In this document: positions 9,734 to 18,768 of the stretch, piece by piece
Position numbering within the stretch: the stretch's first letter is position 1
Layout: each line of letters starts with the position of its first letter
Notes under the pieces: model-generated
What the model was told of the DNA's origin: nothing
Database searches by the model: none
The model's input: the letters and a program-made list of their open reading frames with translations, nothing else
Translations under genes and position numbers: made by a program
NCBI GenBank assembly: GCA_046757025.1
Contig: JBHHXN010000026.1
Location: 1 to 42,267, forward strand
Length of the DNA: 42,267 nt
Source: a bacterium
GTDB taxonomy: Bacteria > Zhuqueibacterota > Zhuqueibacteria > Oceanimicrobiales > Oceanimicrobiaceae
Direction: 5' to 3'

Positions 9734-9761
9734 TTATACACCAATACCTTTAAAATGTCAA
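9733..9761 (-). promoter_or_regulatory. Consensus sigma70 promoter for the regulator/iol operon
   Basis: Minus strand TTGACA (9761-9756), 17-nt spacer, TATAAT (9738-9733): a perfect consensus. Confidence 0.85.
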
Positions 9762-9947
9762 GGGATTTAATGAAAACTTAACATTCATCTTTATTTTCAG
9801 CTTGCAGGCTCTTCTCCAGCCCGGTAACTGGATTTTTAACAGAGGGTTTTTCTTTGATTCATAGGCGAGGTGAGAAGCTTTGCAGCAGGTATGATTGAAA
9901 GCAGAAAAATCGAAATGACTTGCGAGATTTGTGTTATTACAGAAGAA

Positions 9948-10379
9948 TTATAACAAGTCAGGTGGGTGCCAGCCGGCCGATATCCAGTTTCGGCGGACCT
10001 CCACCGCAATCTCATTGTTAAGGCGCAACGCCGCAACCGTCGCTCTGCCAGTGGGCGTCCGGCCGGCAATATGTGTTCCTTTCTGTGCCCACTGAAAATG
10101 CTCTTTCCAGTTTTGAGTTCGTGGGTTAAACAGAGCCACGGTTTCACCACTCTCGGGATCGACAGCCATAATCTGAGCGCCTTTGCAGCGATTACAGTGA
10201 GGACACGAAAGCCACAGGTTGGATTCATCATCGCTGCCGCCTTTGGAACGAGGTATGAGGTGATCGATTTCAAACGTAATTGGGACAACCCTTTGTGGGC
10301 AGAGGCAGTAGCCACAGCGGTCTTGGGCAGATTCTCGAATGCGTTGACGAACCGAGTCCGGCACCTTGGACCCGCTCAT
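9948..10379 (-). CDS. HNH endonuclease
   Basis: RCGYC...FEIDHLIPRSKGGSD...NLWLSCPHCNRCK and a C-terminal LFNPR..W..HF...TPTGRAT...LRLN; ATGA overlap with the upstream gene. Confidence 0.9.
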   Translation of the reverse strand: MSGSKVPDSVRQRIRESAQDRCGYCLCPQRVVPITFEIDHLIPRSKGGSDDESNLWLSCPHCNRCKGAQIMAVDPESGETVALFNPRTQNWKEHFQWAQKGTHIAGRTPTGRATVAALRLNNEIAVEVRRNWISAGWHPPDLL

Positions 10380-11050
10380 GGTTGCAGGGGCTTTATGATG
10401 CGGCGTTTCACGGCCTCACGCAGCGCCTGCGATTTGCGAAGCAAACTGTGTTCGTAGATGCGCATGAGCTCATCGAGCTGCTGCTGCCCCTTGGAATCAA
10501 GCTCGCCTTCGCGGTTTTTCTGTAACAGCTCGTTTAACTTAGCCTGTTGTTCCTTGCTGAGCTGCAGTTCCGTCAGCTTCAATAATTCCTCATCCGACAA
10601 CATATCTACTGGACGATTGAGCCTTTCGATAATCTGCTGCTCGGCGATTTTAAGCAGACGTTGTATCTCTTTAGAAGAATAGGGGGGGTTAATTTTGAGT
10701 TTCTTTATCAACTCTAAATCTTCTTCTTCCCCCTGTTCGGCCATCCACCAGAGCGTCGTTCTGAGATTTTGTTCAGTTTTCGGAGAAAATAGCGTCAGTC
10801 TTCTTTCCATATTTTCAGAAATAGTCACTCGCTCATGCCATTTTTTTTTGATTTTGGGCCACCCTCCATTACTACAACTATAAGCTTCTTTGCTTAACTC
10901 TATCAAACACTCTCTTAAAACCATTGCGACAGCGAGTTCAAATTGTTGTCGTTTTTTGGGAACGATACTCTTTTTGGTTTCTGAAAGCAAGTTTTTTAAA
11001 TTTTGTAAATAAAAATCGACGATATCTTCGCCATTTATCATGGCATCCAT
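10376..11050 (-). CDS. Hypothetical protein with an unknown N-terminal region and a C-terminal helical domain like that of small proteins encoded upstream of HNH nucleases (putative antitoxin-like)
   Basis: C-terminal LSDEELLKL...LSKEQQAKLNELLQKNREGEL...LDELMRIYE..LLRKSQAL..AVKR; translationally coupled to the HNH gene. Confidence 0.65.
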   Translation of the reverse strand: MDAMINGEDIVDFYLQNLKNLLSETKKSIVPKKRQQFELAVAMVLRECLIELSKEAYSCSNGGWPKIKKKWHERVTISENMERRLTLFSPKTEQNLRTTLWWMAEQGEEEDLELIKKLKINPPYSSKEIQRLLKIAEQQIIERLNRPVDMLSDEELLKLTELQLSKEQQAKLNELLQKNREGELDSKGQQQLDELMRIYEHSLLRKSQALREAVKRRIIKPLQP

Positions 11051-11069
11051 CCTTATTATTTATTATTGT

Positions 11070-11468
11070 TCACTTTAGAATCTTTTCCACTTCTTCAGCC
11101 AATTCAAAAGGTAAATAATCTTCTTTTCTGAAAAAGTTACAATTGTCTTCTTTACGAAATCGTTGCAGCAACTGGTAATCAGAAACATTAGTCAGAATGA
11201 TCACAGGTAAATCGGGAGCAGCTTTTCTTATTCTTTCAAAAAAATGCACACCCGTCCGCAATCCTTCACGTGTATCCACCTTTTTAAAAATCGACCCGGG
11301 CGGCATCATGATATCTAAAATGAGAAGATCAATGCCATCTACGTTATTCTCAAAAAAGTGCCAGGCTTCATCCACATTTTTTTGAAAAACTACTTTATAA
11401 CCGCACAACTCCAGCTCTTTAGCGTAACTATCCATCTCCCTTTTTTCATCATCAAGGAAGAGTATCAT
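11070..11468 (-). CDS. Stand-alone response-regulator receiver domain
   Basis: ILFLDDE, LLILDIMMP (phospho-acceptor Asp), IILTN and FFRK; no output domain; overlaps the kinase stop by 17 nt. Confidence 0.9.
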   Translation of the reverse strand: MILFLDDEKREMDSYAKELELCGYKVVFQKNVDEAWHFFENNVDGIDLLILDIMMPPGSIFKKVDTREGLRTGVHFFERIRKAAPDLPVIILTNVSDYQLLQRFRKEDNCNFFRKEDYLPFELAEEVEKILK

Positions 11469-14226
11469 GAGGAACCTCCTTCAGTCTCTTGGGTATTATT
11501 ACCTGAAATTCCGTTGGTTTACTATTATTAGTAAGGACCAAATCTCCACCAAATTCTCTCATAATTTTTCTGGAAATGGTGAGTCCCAATCCCGAACCAG
11601 CCACGTTTTTGCTTTTAGCTTCTGGAGAACGAAACCCACTTTCAAAAATTTTCTTTTCCAATCCTTTTCGTATGCCTATCCCCCAATCTCTGAACTTAAT
11701 AACAATAGAATTTTTAGTTAATTCCGCATAAATTTCAATTTTAAACTTCGACGGCTCCCTCTCCGCGTATTTAATAGAATTAATCAGTAAATTATAAATA
11801 ACCTGATTGAATTTCGCTTTGTCAATATATAATATATCAATTTTGCGGATATCTGCCGGGTTGATCAAAATATTTGACGCATCAAATCCATCGTGTAAAA
11901 CAATTGGCTTTAACTGATTAATAGTTTTGATAATCACATCCCGGAATACGAGCGTTTTTTCAAATTTGGAAATGGGCGAAGGTCTGCCGAGGGCGTATTC
12001 CAAATCCTTGACTTGATGCAAAAGTAACTCGCAATCAGTGAGAATATCATCAAATTTTAGACGAATCAAAGCCGTTTCCAAATCATTGATGCGTCTTTGC
12101 AGAAAACTGGCATTACTCCTGATTCCGACAATCGCAGCCCTGAACTCATGACTGATTCGATCTATGAGTCCGCGTTGCCTTTGCTTTAAAGCCATAACCG
12201 TATAATCGACAAAACCCTGTAAAATTTGAATATCCTGCTCGTAAATAAATTCCCGGCTGTTTCTCTGATAACCCGCTTCAACCGTTCCAATCACTTGCTC
12301 ATTCGAAGAGTCGAGCATGGGAATAAATACCCGCAACAACTGGTCGCGGTTAAAGCGTTTTTGTATTTTGGGATCGAATCGTTTATCATCATTCGCGGGC
12401 ACTTCAATGTTTCGGGTTCGAACGATATCGGCCTGAATATTATCGCTATCCAGTGGATGATCGGCTAATTTTTTAAATGCTTCTACCTGGTTCTTGGGAA
12501 ATCCGAAAACGTATTCCGACTTAATGCAATTGAGCTCTGAATTCACCAAGGAGATATTGACATACTCATAGCCAAGGGTATCGGTAATCGCTTTTTGAAC
12601 GATTTCAAAGATATCATCCCAATCCTGCTTGCCAACAATTTCCTTTTGAATTTGAGCTAATTTAGTTAACTTACGATCAAATTCCAATCTTTCAATACGG
12701 ATGGCGGCATGGCGGGTAAGTGACCAGAGTATGTCCACATCGGCTTGTGAAAATGCCCGCTCCGTGGTACTTTCAATATTGAACACGCCAATCGTTTTGG
12801 TGCCGTATTTAATTTCCGTACCGACGCGCACCTCCGCTTTGTTGATCAAGATGGGGACCGCTAATTCGGAACGCGTGTCGGGCCAAAATTCTTCATATAT
12901 TTCTTTCCACTCGGGGCTTTTGACATTATCTACTTTAATGGGCTGCTCTTCCCGAAGCGTTTTGCCGGTAATTCCCAGCTCAATATTTAATGTGCGTAAA
13001 TTCGGTGGATTATCTCGATGGGCTAAGATATTCAATTGATTGGTCTTAAAATCTAAGGTGCTGATCCAGCCTCTTTTGCATCCGATGAGTTCCAGGCCTC
13101 TGTCGAGCAACAACTCCAAAAGTTTATCGGTTTGGCGCACCTCGGACATTTCCTGCATGATTTCATTGAGCTTTTCAAGCCGTTTGCGACTGGTGATATC
13201 CTCGGCCTTTTGAATCGACAAAGCCGCATAGTTGGCAAACGAACAAAAGACCTCCTTTTCCCATTCTTTGAAGTATCGTTTGGTTTTAGTATAAACATCC
13301 AGCATGCCGATGAGTTTGGTGGCCACCCGCATCGGCGCGCTTAGCAACGAAACCCAGCCTCTTTCTTTTGCTTCTTTACCATGCCCATAATTAGGATTGT
13401 CTTTGGTAACATCGGCCAGATAAGATACCTTCTTTTTTAAGTGTTGCTGAACACCGGAGGCATTTAAATCGAGCTCTATCCTTTTGAAATTTGCATCTAC
13501 ATTGCCTGTAGCCGATACGATCTTTAATTTCTCCTGCTTCTCATCTAACTTCCATACGATGCAAATTGGCACATCCAGTAATTCACAGGCCTTATTTGAA
13601 ACTTGCTGAAGAAAATCTCGTGGAGAACTCAAAAGTAGATTTTGTGAAATGGCGTTTAAAATGCTCGAGGATCGTTCAAGCAAGCGATAGTGCTCAAATC
13701 TTTCGATGGTGATGACTGCCTGATGAGCAAAAATCTGCAAAAGTTTTTTATCATTGCCGGTGAACCAGTTTGATTCAGGTGAAAAATGATTCAATCGTCC
13801 GATTAGCCGATCATTTGACATCAATGGACAGCTTAAAACAGAATCCAAATTATATTTTTTGGCGACCCTAGGATTCGCCACTCCCTGTCCATTTTTCTTT
13901 AATTTATTGATAACGATTGTATCATTTATTGCAAATTTTTCAAAATCCAGAATTTCTCCATTTTTTTCTAAACCCAGCTTTATTTTTTTCCCTGAAACCC
14001 GTTTCTCATACTCCTCGTCGAAACCAACACAGGCGACTTGCGTAAGATATTTGTTTTCAATATCCACAAATGTGAGGGTGCAAGCATAAGAATCCAAAGC
14101 ATCCTTACTGATTTCACAGATTCTCTTCAGAGCCTCTTTTCTGTTTTTATATTGCAGAGGTACTTCACTCAAGGCATTGAGCGAATTGATCAGATCAGGC
14201 CTGAGCCCCAGTCCAATTCTTAACAC
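11452..14226 (-). CDS. Soluble sensor histidine kinase with about 4 tandem GAF domains
   Basis: Repeated GAF signatures (SVLSCPL..IGRLN, SLLSAPM..LIGMLDV, SELAVPI..IGVFNI, VFIPM..VIGTVE); H-box SHEFR, N-box NLLINSIKY, DWGIGI and GSGLGL; no TM segments. Confidence 0.9.
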   Translation of the reverse strand: MLRIGLGLRPDLINSLNALSEVPLQYKNRKEALKRICEISKDALDSYACTLTFVDIENKYLTQVACVGFDEEYEKRVSGKKIKLGLEKNGEILDFEKFAINDTIVINKLKKNGQGVANPRVAKKYNLDSVLSCPLMSNDRLIGRLNHFSPESNWFTGNDKKLLQIFAHQAVITIERFEHYRLLERSSSILNAISQNLLLSSPRDFLQQVSNKACELLDVPICIVWKLDEKQEKLKIVSATGNVDANFKRIELDLNASGVQQHLKKKVSYLADVTKDNPNYGHGKEAKERGWVSLLSAPMRVATKLIGMLDVYTKTKRYFKEWEKEVFCSFANYAALSIQKAEDITSRKRLEKLNEIMQEMSEVRQTDKLLELLLDRGLELIGCKRGWISTLDFKTNQLNILAHRDNPPNLRTLNIELGITGKTLREEQPIKVDNVKSPEWKEIYEEFWPDTRSELAVPILINKAEVRVGTEIKYGTKTIGVFNIESTTERAFSQADVDILWSLTRHAAIRIERLEFDRKLTKLAQIQKEIVGKQDWDDIFEIVQKAITDTLGYEYVNISLVNSELNCIKSEYVFGFPKNQVEAFKKLADHPLDSDNIQADIVRTRNIEVPANDDKRFDPKIQKRFNRDQLLRVFIPMLDSSNEQVIGTVEAGYQRNSREFIYEQDIQILQGFVDYTVMALKQRQRGLIDRISHEFRAAIVGIRSNASFLQRRINDLETALIRLKFDDILTDCELLLHQVKDLEYALGRPSPISKFEKTLVFRDVIIKTINQLKPIVLHDGFDASNILINPADIRKIDILYIDKAKFNQVIYNLLINSIKYAEREPSKFKIEIYAELTKNSIVIKFRDWGIGIRKGLEKKIFESGFRSPEAKSKNVAGSGLGLTISRKIMREFGGDLVLTNNSKPTEFQVIIPKRLKEVPHDTLP

Positions 14227-14318
14227 AATAAGTCTCGCTAAATTTTATTGGTTTTAATTTTATTCTAAGAGTCTTAAATACAGTTGATTACAAGCGATTC
14301 ATCATCCGCGATTTTATT

Positions 14319-14378
14319 GGTGTTCAAACTTCAGCTTGCTTGGATTGTTAGAAAGGAACACGCTAAAGCGTGAACACC
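14319..14378. repeat. REP-like doublet, same family as 8482-8527
   Basis: GGTGTTCAAACTTCAGCTTG ... CACGCTAAAGCGTGAACACC. Confidence 0.75.
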
Positions 14379-14615
14379 GACGGTTTAAAAATCACGCCAA
14401 AGATCCGTCTGCTCAAGTTAAAATCGCAGATTTCAGATTCCAGTAATTAAATAATTTAACGATGAAATAGGTTCCCATTTCAGGGCAACGTAGTTCAAGA
14501 GAATACACAGCCCGTCGTGCTTTGATTTTTAAATCAGTGGAAAAGGGGACATAAATCTTTCCGGATTAGCGGTTGCCACCGAAATATTCTAAATATTGTT
14601 ACCGACACTAATTAC

Positions 14616-14644
14616 AATATGCAAAATTAAGGAAGGCTTGTCAA
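14616..14644 (-). promoter_or_regulatory. Candidate sigma70 promoter for the kinase/HNH island
   Basis: Minus strand TTGACA (14644-14639), 17-nt spacer, CATATT (14621-14616); the -10 element is imperfect. Confidence 0.45.
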
Positions 14645-14704
14645 GTTAAATTTTCATTAATAAGATTAAGTATATTCAGCAACTGTATGGAGCAATAAAT
14701 CGGG

Positions 14705-15355
14705 TCATTTAAGCTCTCGCGCCGCAGAAATACTTCGATTCAGCATTTTCGCATTTTCAGTGAGCAAAGAATAATTCTCCTCCTGAATGGCCTGTTTATC
14801 CAGCAAGGCGCTGCCCACGCCCACGGCACAAGCGCCGGCCCGCAGCCAGTCACCGGCATTGGTCAGGGAAACGCCGCCGGTCGGCATCAGTTTCAGATGC
14901 GGCAGCGGGGCTTTCACCGCCTTAAAGAACGCCATACCCAGTACATCCGCGGGAAAGACTTTGACGATATCCGCTCCCGCTTCATGCGCCAGTTGAATTT
15001 CCGTGGGAGAGAAAGCCCCGGGCAGAGCGGGCACCTCCTGAGCGTGTGCCGCCTGAATGATGGCCGGTTTGAAAATGGGACTCACCACAAATTGCGCCCC
15101 GGCGTCGATGGCCTGGCGGGCGGTGTCTGCGTTCAGCACCGAGCCCACGCCCACCAAAACAATCTCACCCATAGCCCGGGCCAATTCCTCGATGGCCTCC
15201 AGGGCATTGGGCGTGGTCATGGTGATTTCAAGGGCGGAAATGCCGCCGGCATGAATGGCCTCGGCCACCCGCATGAGCTTCTCAGAGTCGCTCATCCGAA
15301 TGACTGCAACCGCTCCGCTGTCGAGCAAAGATTGCACTATTTTATCCCGTTGCAT
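14705..15355 (-). CDS. eda: KDPG/KHG aldolase
   Basis: VAVIR, LEITMTTP, GAQFVVSP, PTEI, VKVFPA (Schiff-base Lys) and MPTGGV motifs. Confidence 0.93.
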   Translation of the reverse strand: MQRDKIVQSLLDSGAVAVIRMSDSEKLMRVAEAIHAGGISALEITMTTPNALEAIEELARAMGEIVLVGVGSVLNADTARQAIDAGAQFVVSPIFKPAIIQAAHAQEVPALPGAFSPTEIQLAHEAGADIVKVFPADVLGMAFFKAVKAPLPHLKLMPTGGVSLTNAGDWLRAGACAVGVGSALLDKQAIQEENYSLLTENAKMLNRSISAARELK

Positions 15356-15397
15356 GGTTTTTCTGACCTCACAAGTAAGTGATTTTCTCTGACAGCT

Positions 15398-16483
15398 TCA
15401 TCTTTTGATTCGGGCGGACCCGCCCTTCATGACATGCCTCACTTCATCGAAGGTAACCATGCTGGTATCGCCGCGGGTGCTTTGCAGCAACGCACCGTGT
15501 GCGGCCCCGAGATTCGCGCATTCCTGCGGCGTCATACCATTTACGAAACCGTAAATCATGCCGCTGCAAAAGCCATCGCCGCCGCCCACCCGATCCTCGA
15601 TTTCCAGATTTTCGTAGCGCACCGACTCGTAAAACTGGCCGTCATAAAAAAGAATGGCCGACCAGTTGTTCCGCAATCCGCTCACTACCTCGCGCAAGGT
15701 TGTGCCCACGGCTTGAATATTCGGATACGTTTGCACGACTTCCGACACCATCCTTTTGTAATTTTCCACCGGCAGCGCTTTGAAGCTCTCATCGGTGCCT
15801 TTTACTTCAAATCCCAGCACTTTTTGAAAATCCTCTTCATTGCCGATCAACACGTTGATGTACGGCGCCAGTTGTTTGGTGGTCTGAATGGCCTTTTCGC
15901 TGCTCCACAATTTGCTGCGGAAATTCAAATCATAACTGACCACGGTGCCGGCCTGATGCGCTGCCTGCATGGCTTCTCTGGCCACTTCAGCACAGCCGTC
16001 GCTCAAAGCAGTAAAAATACCCCCGAGGTGAAACCACCGCACCCCGCGCTCGGTAAAAATTCGCTGCCAATCTATTTCTCCGGGCTTCATATTCGCGGCG
16101 GCGGAATGTCCACGGTCGTACATGGTGACGCTGGCGCGCACTCCCATCCCCACTTCGGTGAAATTCAAACCGATGCGATCGGCTTTGCCCACGCCATCGT
16201 ACGGCGCCCAGACCACTTCACTCAGATCCATGCCGCTCGCCCGAGCGTGATTTTGAATGAACCGGCCCAGCGGATTGTCCACCAGCCGTGAAATCCAGCC
16301 CGTGCGCAAACCGTAACGCGAAAGGGCGTACGCCACGTTGTATTCGCCGCCGCCGGCGTAAGCCTCAAAATAAGGAGTTAACTCGATGCGTTGATGCCCG
16401 GGGGGACTCAATCGAATCATGCATTCACCCAACGACAGCAAATCAAGTTCACACTCATTTTTCGCTTTAATTTTTAATGGCAT
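15398..16483 (-). CDS. kdgK: 2-dehydro-3-deoxygluconokinase (PfkB family)
   Basis: GGGEYNVA, YDLNFRSKLW, GNEED and DRVGGGDGF motifs; adjacent to eda. Confidence 0.88.
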   Translation of the reverse strand: MPLKIKAKNECELDLLSLGECMIRLSPPGHQRIELTPYFEAYAGGGEYNVAYALSRYGLRTGWISRLVDNPLGRFIQNHARASGMDLSEVVWAPYDGVGKADRIGLNFTEVGMGVRASVTMYDRGHSAAANMKPGEIDWQRIFTERGVRWFHLGGIFTALSDGCAEVAREAMQAAHQAGTVVSYDLNFRSKLWSSEKAIQTTKQLAPYINVLIGNEEDFQKVLGFEVKGTDESFKALPVENYKRMVSEVVQTYPNIQAVGTTLREVVSGLRNNWSAILFYDGQFYESVRYENLEIEDRVGGGDGFCSGMIYGFVNGMTPQECANLGAAHGALLQSTRGDTSMVTFDEVRHVMKGGSARIKR

Positions 16484-16509
16484 TTCAAACTCTCCTTACG
16501 ATTTATTTT

Positions 16510-17397
16510 TCATGATTTCCATGGCGGAATTTCTGGCAACCTTTTTTCAAATTCCGTTATCAAGTTGCCTTCATAATCCGTATCATATTTTCCATTTAAA
16601 AATTTGTCCGCCCCTTCGTTTAACAGACGTTCCCATGAATCCTCTTCCGCACCGGGATTGACTGGATAAAACCAGGCGCCGTTTGCGCGCGCGGCTTTCA
16701 AGTCGCCGGGGGCGTCGCCGATCATCAACACGCGCTCTTTAGCGTACTTTCCCTCCGCTGCCAGTTGAATATGTTCTTTTTTACTTCCCATTTCCTGGCC
16801 TGCGATGAGACGGGTAAATTGAGTGATATCATGCTCCTGCCACTCCCGGCGCAGGGCTTCCATAGGCGTAGCGGAACAAACCAGAATGTCAGCATTCTGA
16901 GAAAATTTCTCCAGGCATTCTCGCACAAAAGGAAACGGCGGCACACCGTGCACCAGATCAGCCACCGCCGCATTCACCGCCTCACTCCACTGCAGCGTTT
17001 GGGTTAGTACGGCATCGCCGGTCCTTTCCATTTCGGCTTTCAGAGCTGGATTGCCGAGTTTGGATTCCCGCTGAATCCAATCGCGCAGAGGTTGAGCTCG
17101 AGGGACGGTTGCGGAGCGCTTTTGTACTTCCGGCCACTCTTCCAGCAAATCAAACGTTTTGATGAGCGCGGGAAAGCGATTAGTTCCGCGCCATTTCGAA
17201 TAGAGATTCACAAATTCGGCCGCGGCGCGGGCATATTTTGAAATAGGCTGCAATTGCCAGTGTTTAATAATATTCGGGATAAAGCATTCTTTGTGCTTGA
17301 TCTCCATGGAATCAAACACACAACCGTCGGAATCGATGGCTATCAAAAAGTCATGTTTTGGTTGTAGATTTCGTAATTCTGCTTGTGGATCGGACAT
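16510..17397 (-). CDS. HAD-superfamily hydrolase/phosphatase
   Basis: Motif I DSDGC, motif II SAT, motif III K (GSKKEH) and motif IV GDAPGD. Start reassigned to the ATG at 17397 (MSDPQ), just after the stop of the larA-like gene. Confidence 0.85.
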   Translation of the reverse strand: MSDPQAELRNLQPKHDFLIAIDSDGCVFDSMEIKHKECFIPNIIKHWQLQPISKYARAAAEFVNLYSKWRGTNRFPALIKTFDLLEEWPEVQKRSATVPRAQPLRDWIQRESKLGNPALKAEMERTGDAVLTQTLQWSEAVNAAVADLVHGVPPFPFVRECLEKFSQNADILVCSATPMEALRREWQEHDITQFTRLIAGQEMGSKKEHIQLAAEGKYAKERVLMIGDAPGDLKAARANGAWFYPVNPGAEEDSWERLLNEGADKFLNGKYDTDYEGNLITEFEKRLPEIPPWKS

Positions 17398-17404
17398 GCT
17401 TTCT

Positions 17405-18688
17405 TCATTCCTCCTCATTTTTCGTTTTATGAAACGGATCATTTTGCAGGCGGTAAAGCATTTCGCCCGCTTTTGAAACGCACAGGATGCCTTCCTGCTC
17501 TCGATCTCGCCAGCCTTCAATATCAATCGTGTCGGGATCTCGATAACCAAGATGTATTCTTTTGCAGAGGTCTGGCGTAATTTGTGTGGCCAAGACCACT
17601 TCAATACGCGGCTCTTCTCTGCCGTTTTCGAAACGGCCGATTCCCTTCACATGCGTGGAATGCGCCATGACCCCACGGGGAATGTCCGTAAATTTTTCGG
17701 GTTGCATGATAAAATAATCCCGGCAATGGTAGCCAATTTTTTCGATCACAGCGCCATGCGTAACCGAGATTTCCCGAATGTGCGGCGCATAGACGATCAA
17801 CTCACCGCCATCGGCCACCACCGGCTCCAATTTGTAAACACACTTGCCGCCGGTCCAGAGGTCTTCGTACATGGTTGGCGCACAGGAAAGCACTTTCTGA
17901 AAGGGCCGTTCTTTGTAAACGATGTGCAGGTTCCTGGAAAGATCCGCTGCGGCGGACCAAGCTTCTTCCGGCGACCCGAAAAAGAGTCCCGCAAGATCAC
18001 TTCCTTTTACTACCAAACTGAGACACCAGCGGGGCATGGGCAGAAAAGAGGCGGCCTTATCTACCACCTTGCGCACCGGCGTGTGTTTCACCCCGATGAT
18101 TGCGGGACTGGTGATCAACGCGCCCAGCCAGTGAAACATGTGAATAATTTCCGGGCCGGCCAATCCGGGGAAAAAGTATTTGTTGCCGCCAGAAAAGCCC
18201 ACCACTTCATGAGGAAAAGTCGGGCCCACCACCAGCAGCAGGTCGTAGTCGAAAACCAGCTTGTTGATTTTAATTTCCACAGCTTGCCGCATGAGGCCGT
18301 TGGAGAGGTGCGCCACTTCGTCTTCAGAAATGGCGCCCACAGGACGGAGCTGGTCCGGGGCGTCCCACTGGTGGTTAAATATTCGGCTGTTGGCAAATTG
18401 AGTCGAACGTTCGCGCTGGCTGATGCCAAGATGCTGGTTGATGCGCGCCTCGCTCATGGGTGGATGCGTGCCCAGGGCGATGACAAAGTCCAACTTTTTT
18501 GACCGCTTTGCCAACAACTTGTGCACCACTCGAAACATTTTATCCACCGGTGCGGTGCGGGTGTGGTCCGGCAGAACGACCAGAATACGCCTCGCATCGA
18601 AATCGTTTCGCGAAAATGCCTGTTCACATATTTCAATAATTTCCGCATCTGTTAAAATTTTATCTGCGGCGCCTTTTCCGATGACCAT
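17405..18688 (-). CDS. LarA-superfamily nickel-pincer-dependent hydroxyacid epimerase, GntE-like (D-mannonate/D-gluconate 2-epimerase candidate)
   Basis: PDHTR, ALGTH, PHEVVGFSGGNK, FHW, WTGGKCVYKL, YAPHI and IGYHCRDY motifs; lies between gnd and the HAD gene, near a UxuB-like SDR. Confidence 0.8.
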   Translation of the reverse strand: MVIGKGAADKILTDAEIIEICEQAFSRNDFDARRILVVLPDHTRTAPVDKMFRVVHKLLAKRSKKLDFVIALGTHPPMSEARINQHLGISQRERSTQFANSRIFNHQWDAPDQLRPVGAISEDEVAHLSNGLMRQAVEIKINKLVFDYDLLLVVGPTFPHEVVGFSGGNKYFFPGLAGPEIIHMFHWLGALITSPAIIGVKHTPVRKVVDKAASFLPMPRWCLSLVVKGSDLAGLFFGSPEEAWSAAADLSRNLHIVYKERPFQKVLSCAPTMYEDLWTGGKCVYKLEPVVADGGELIVYAPHIREISVTHGAVIEKIGYHCRDYFIMQPEKFTDIPRGVMAHSTHVKGIGRFENGREEPRIEVVLATQITPDLCKRIHLGYRDPDTIDIEGWRDREQEGILCVSKAGEMLYRLQNDPFHKTKNEEE

Positions 18689-18768
18689 TTTTTTGATTTA
18701 ATTTATTTTCAATTTACATTAACCCGACCAGAAAGCCATTGTTTCTTTTATTCATCAGAAAGCATTCG

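Noticed and set aside
9836..10315. 159-aa alternative-frame ORF overlapping the HNH gene
   Set aside because: Same-strand overlap with a clear HNH gene and no recognisable features.
11452..14226. Phytochrome or cyanobacteriochrome photoreceptor
   Set aside because: No PAS-GAF-PHY layout and no DIP, DXCF or CH bilin-binding motifs seen in the GAF domains.
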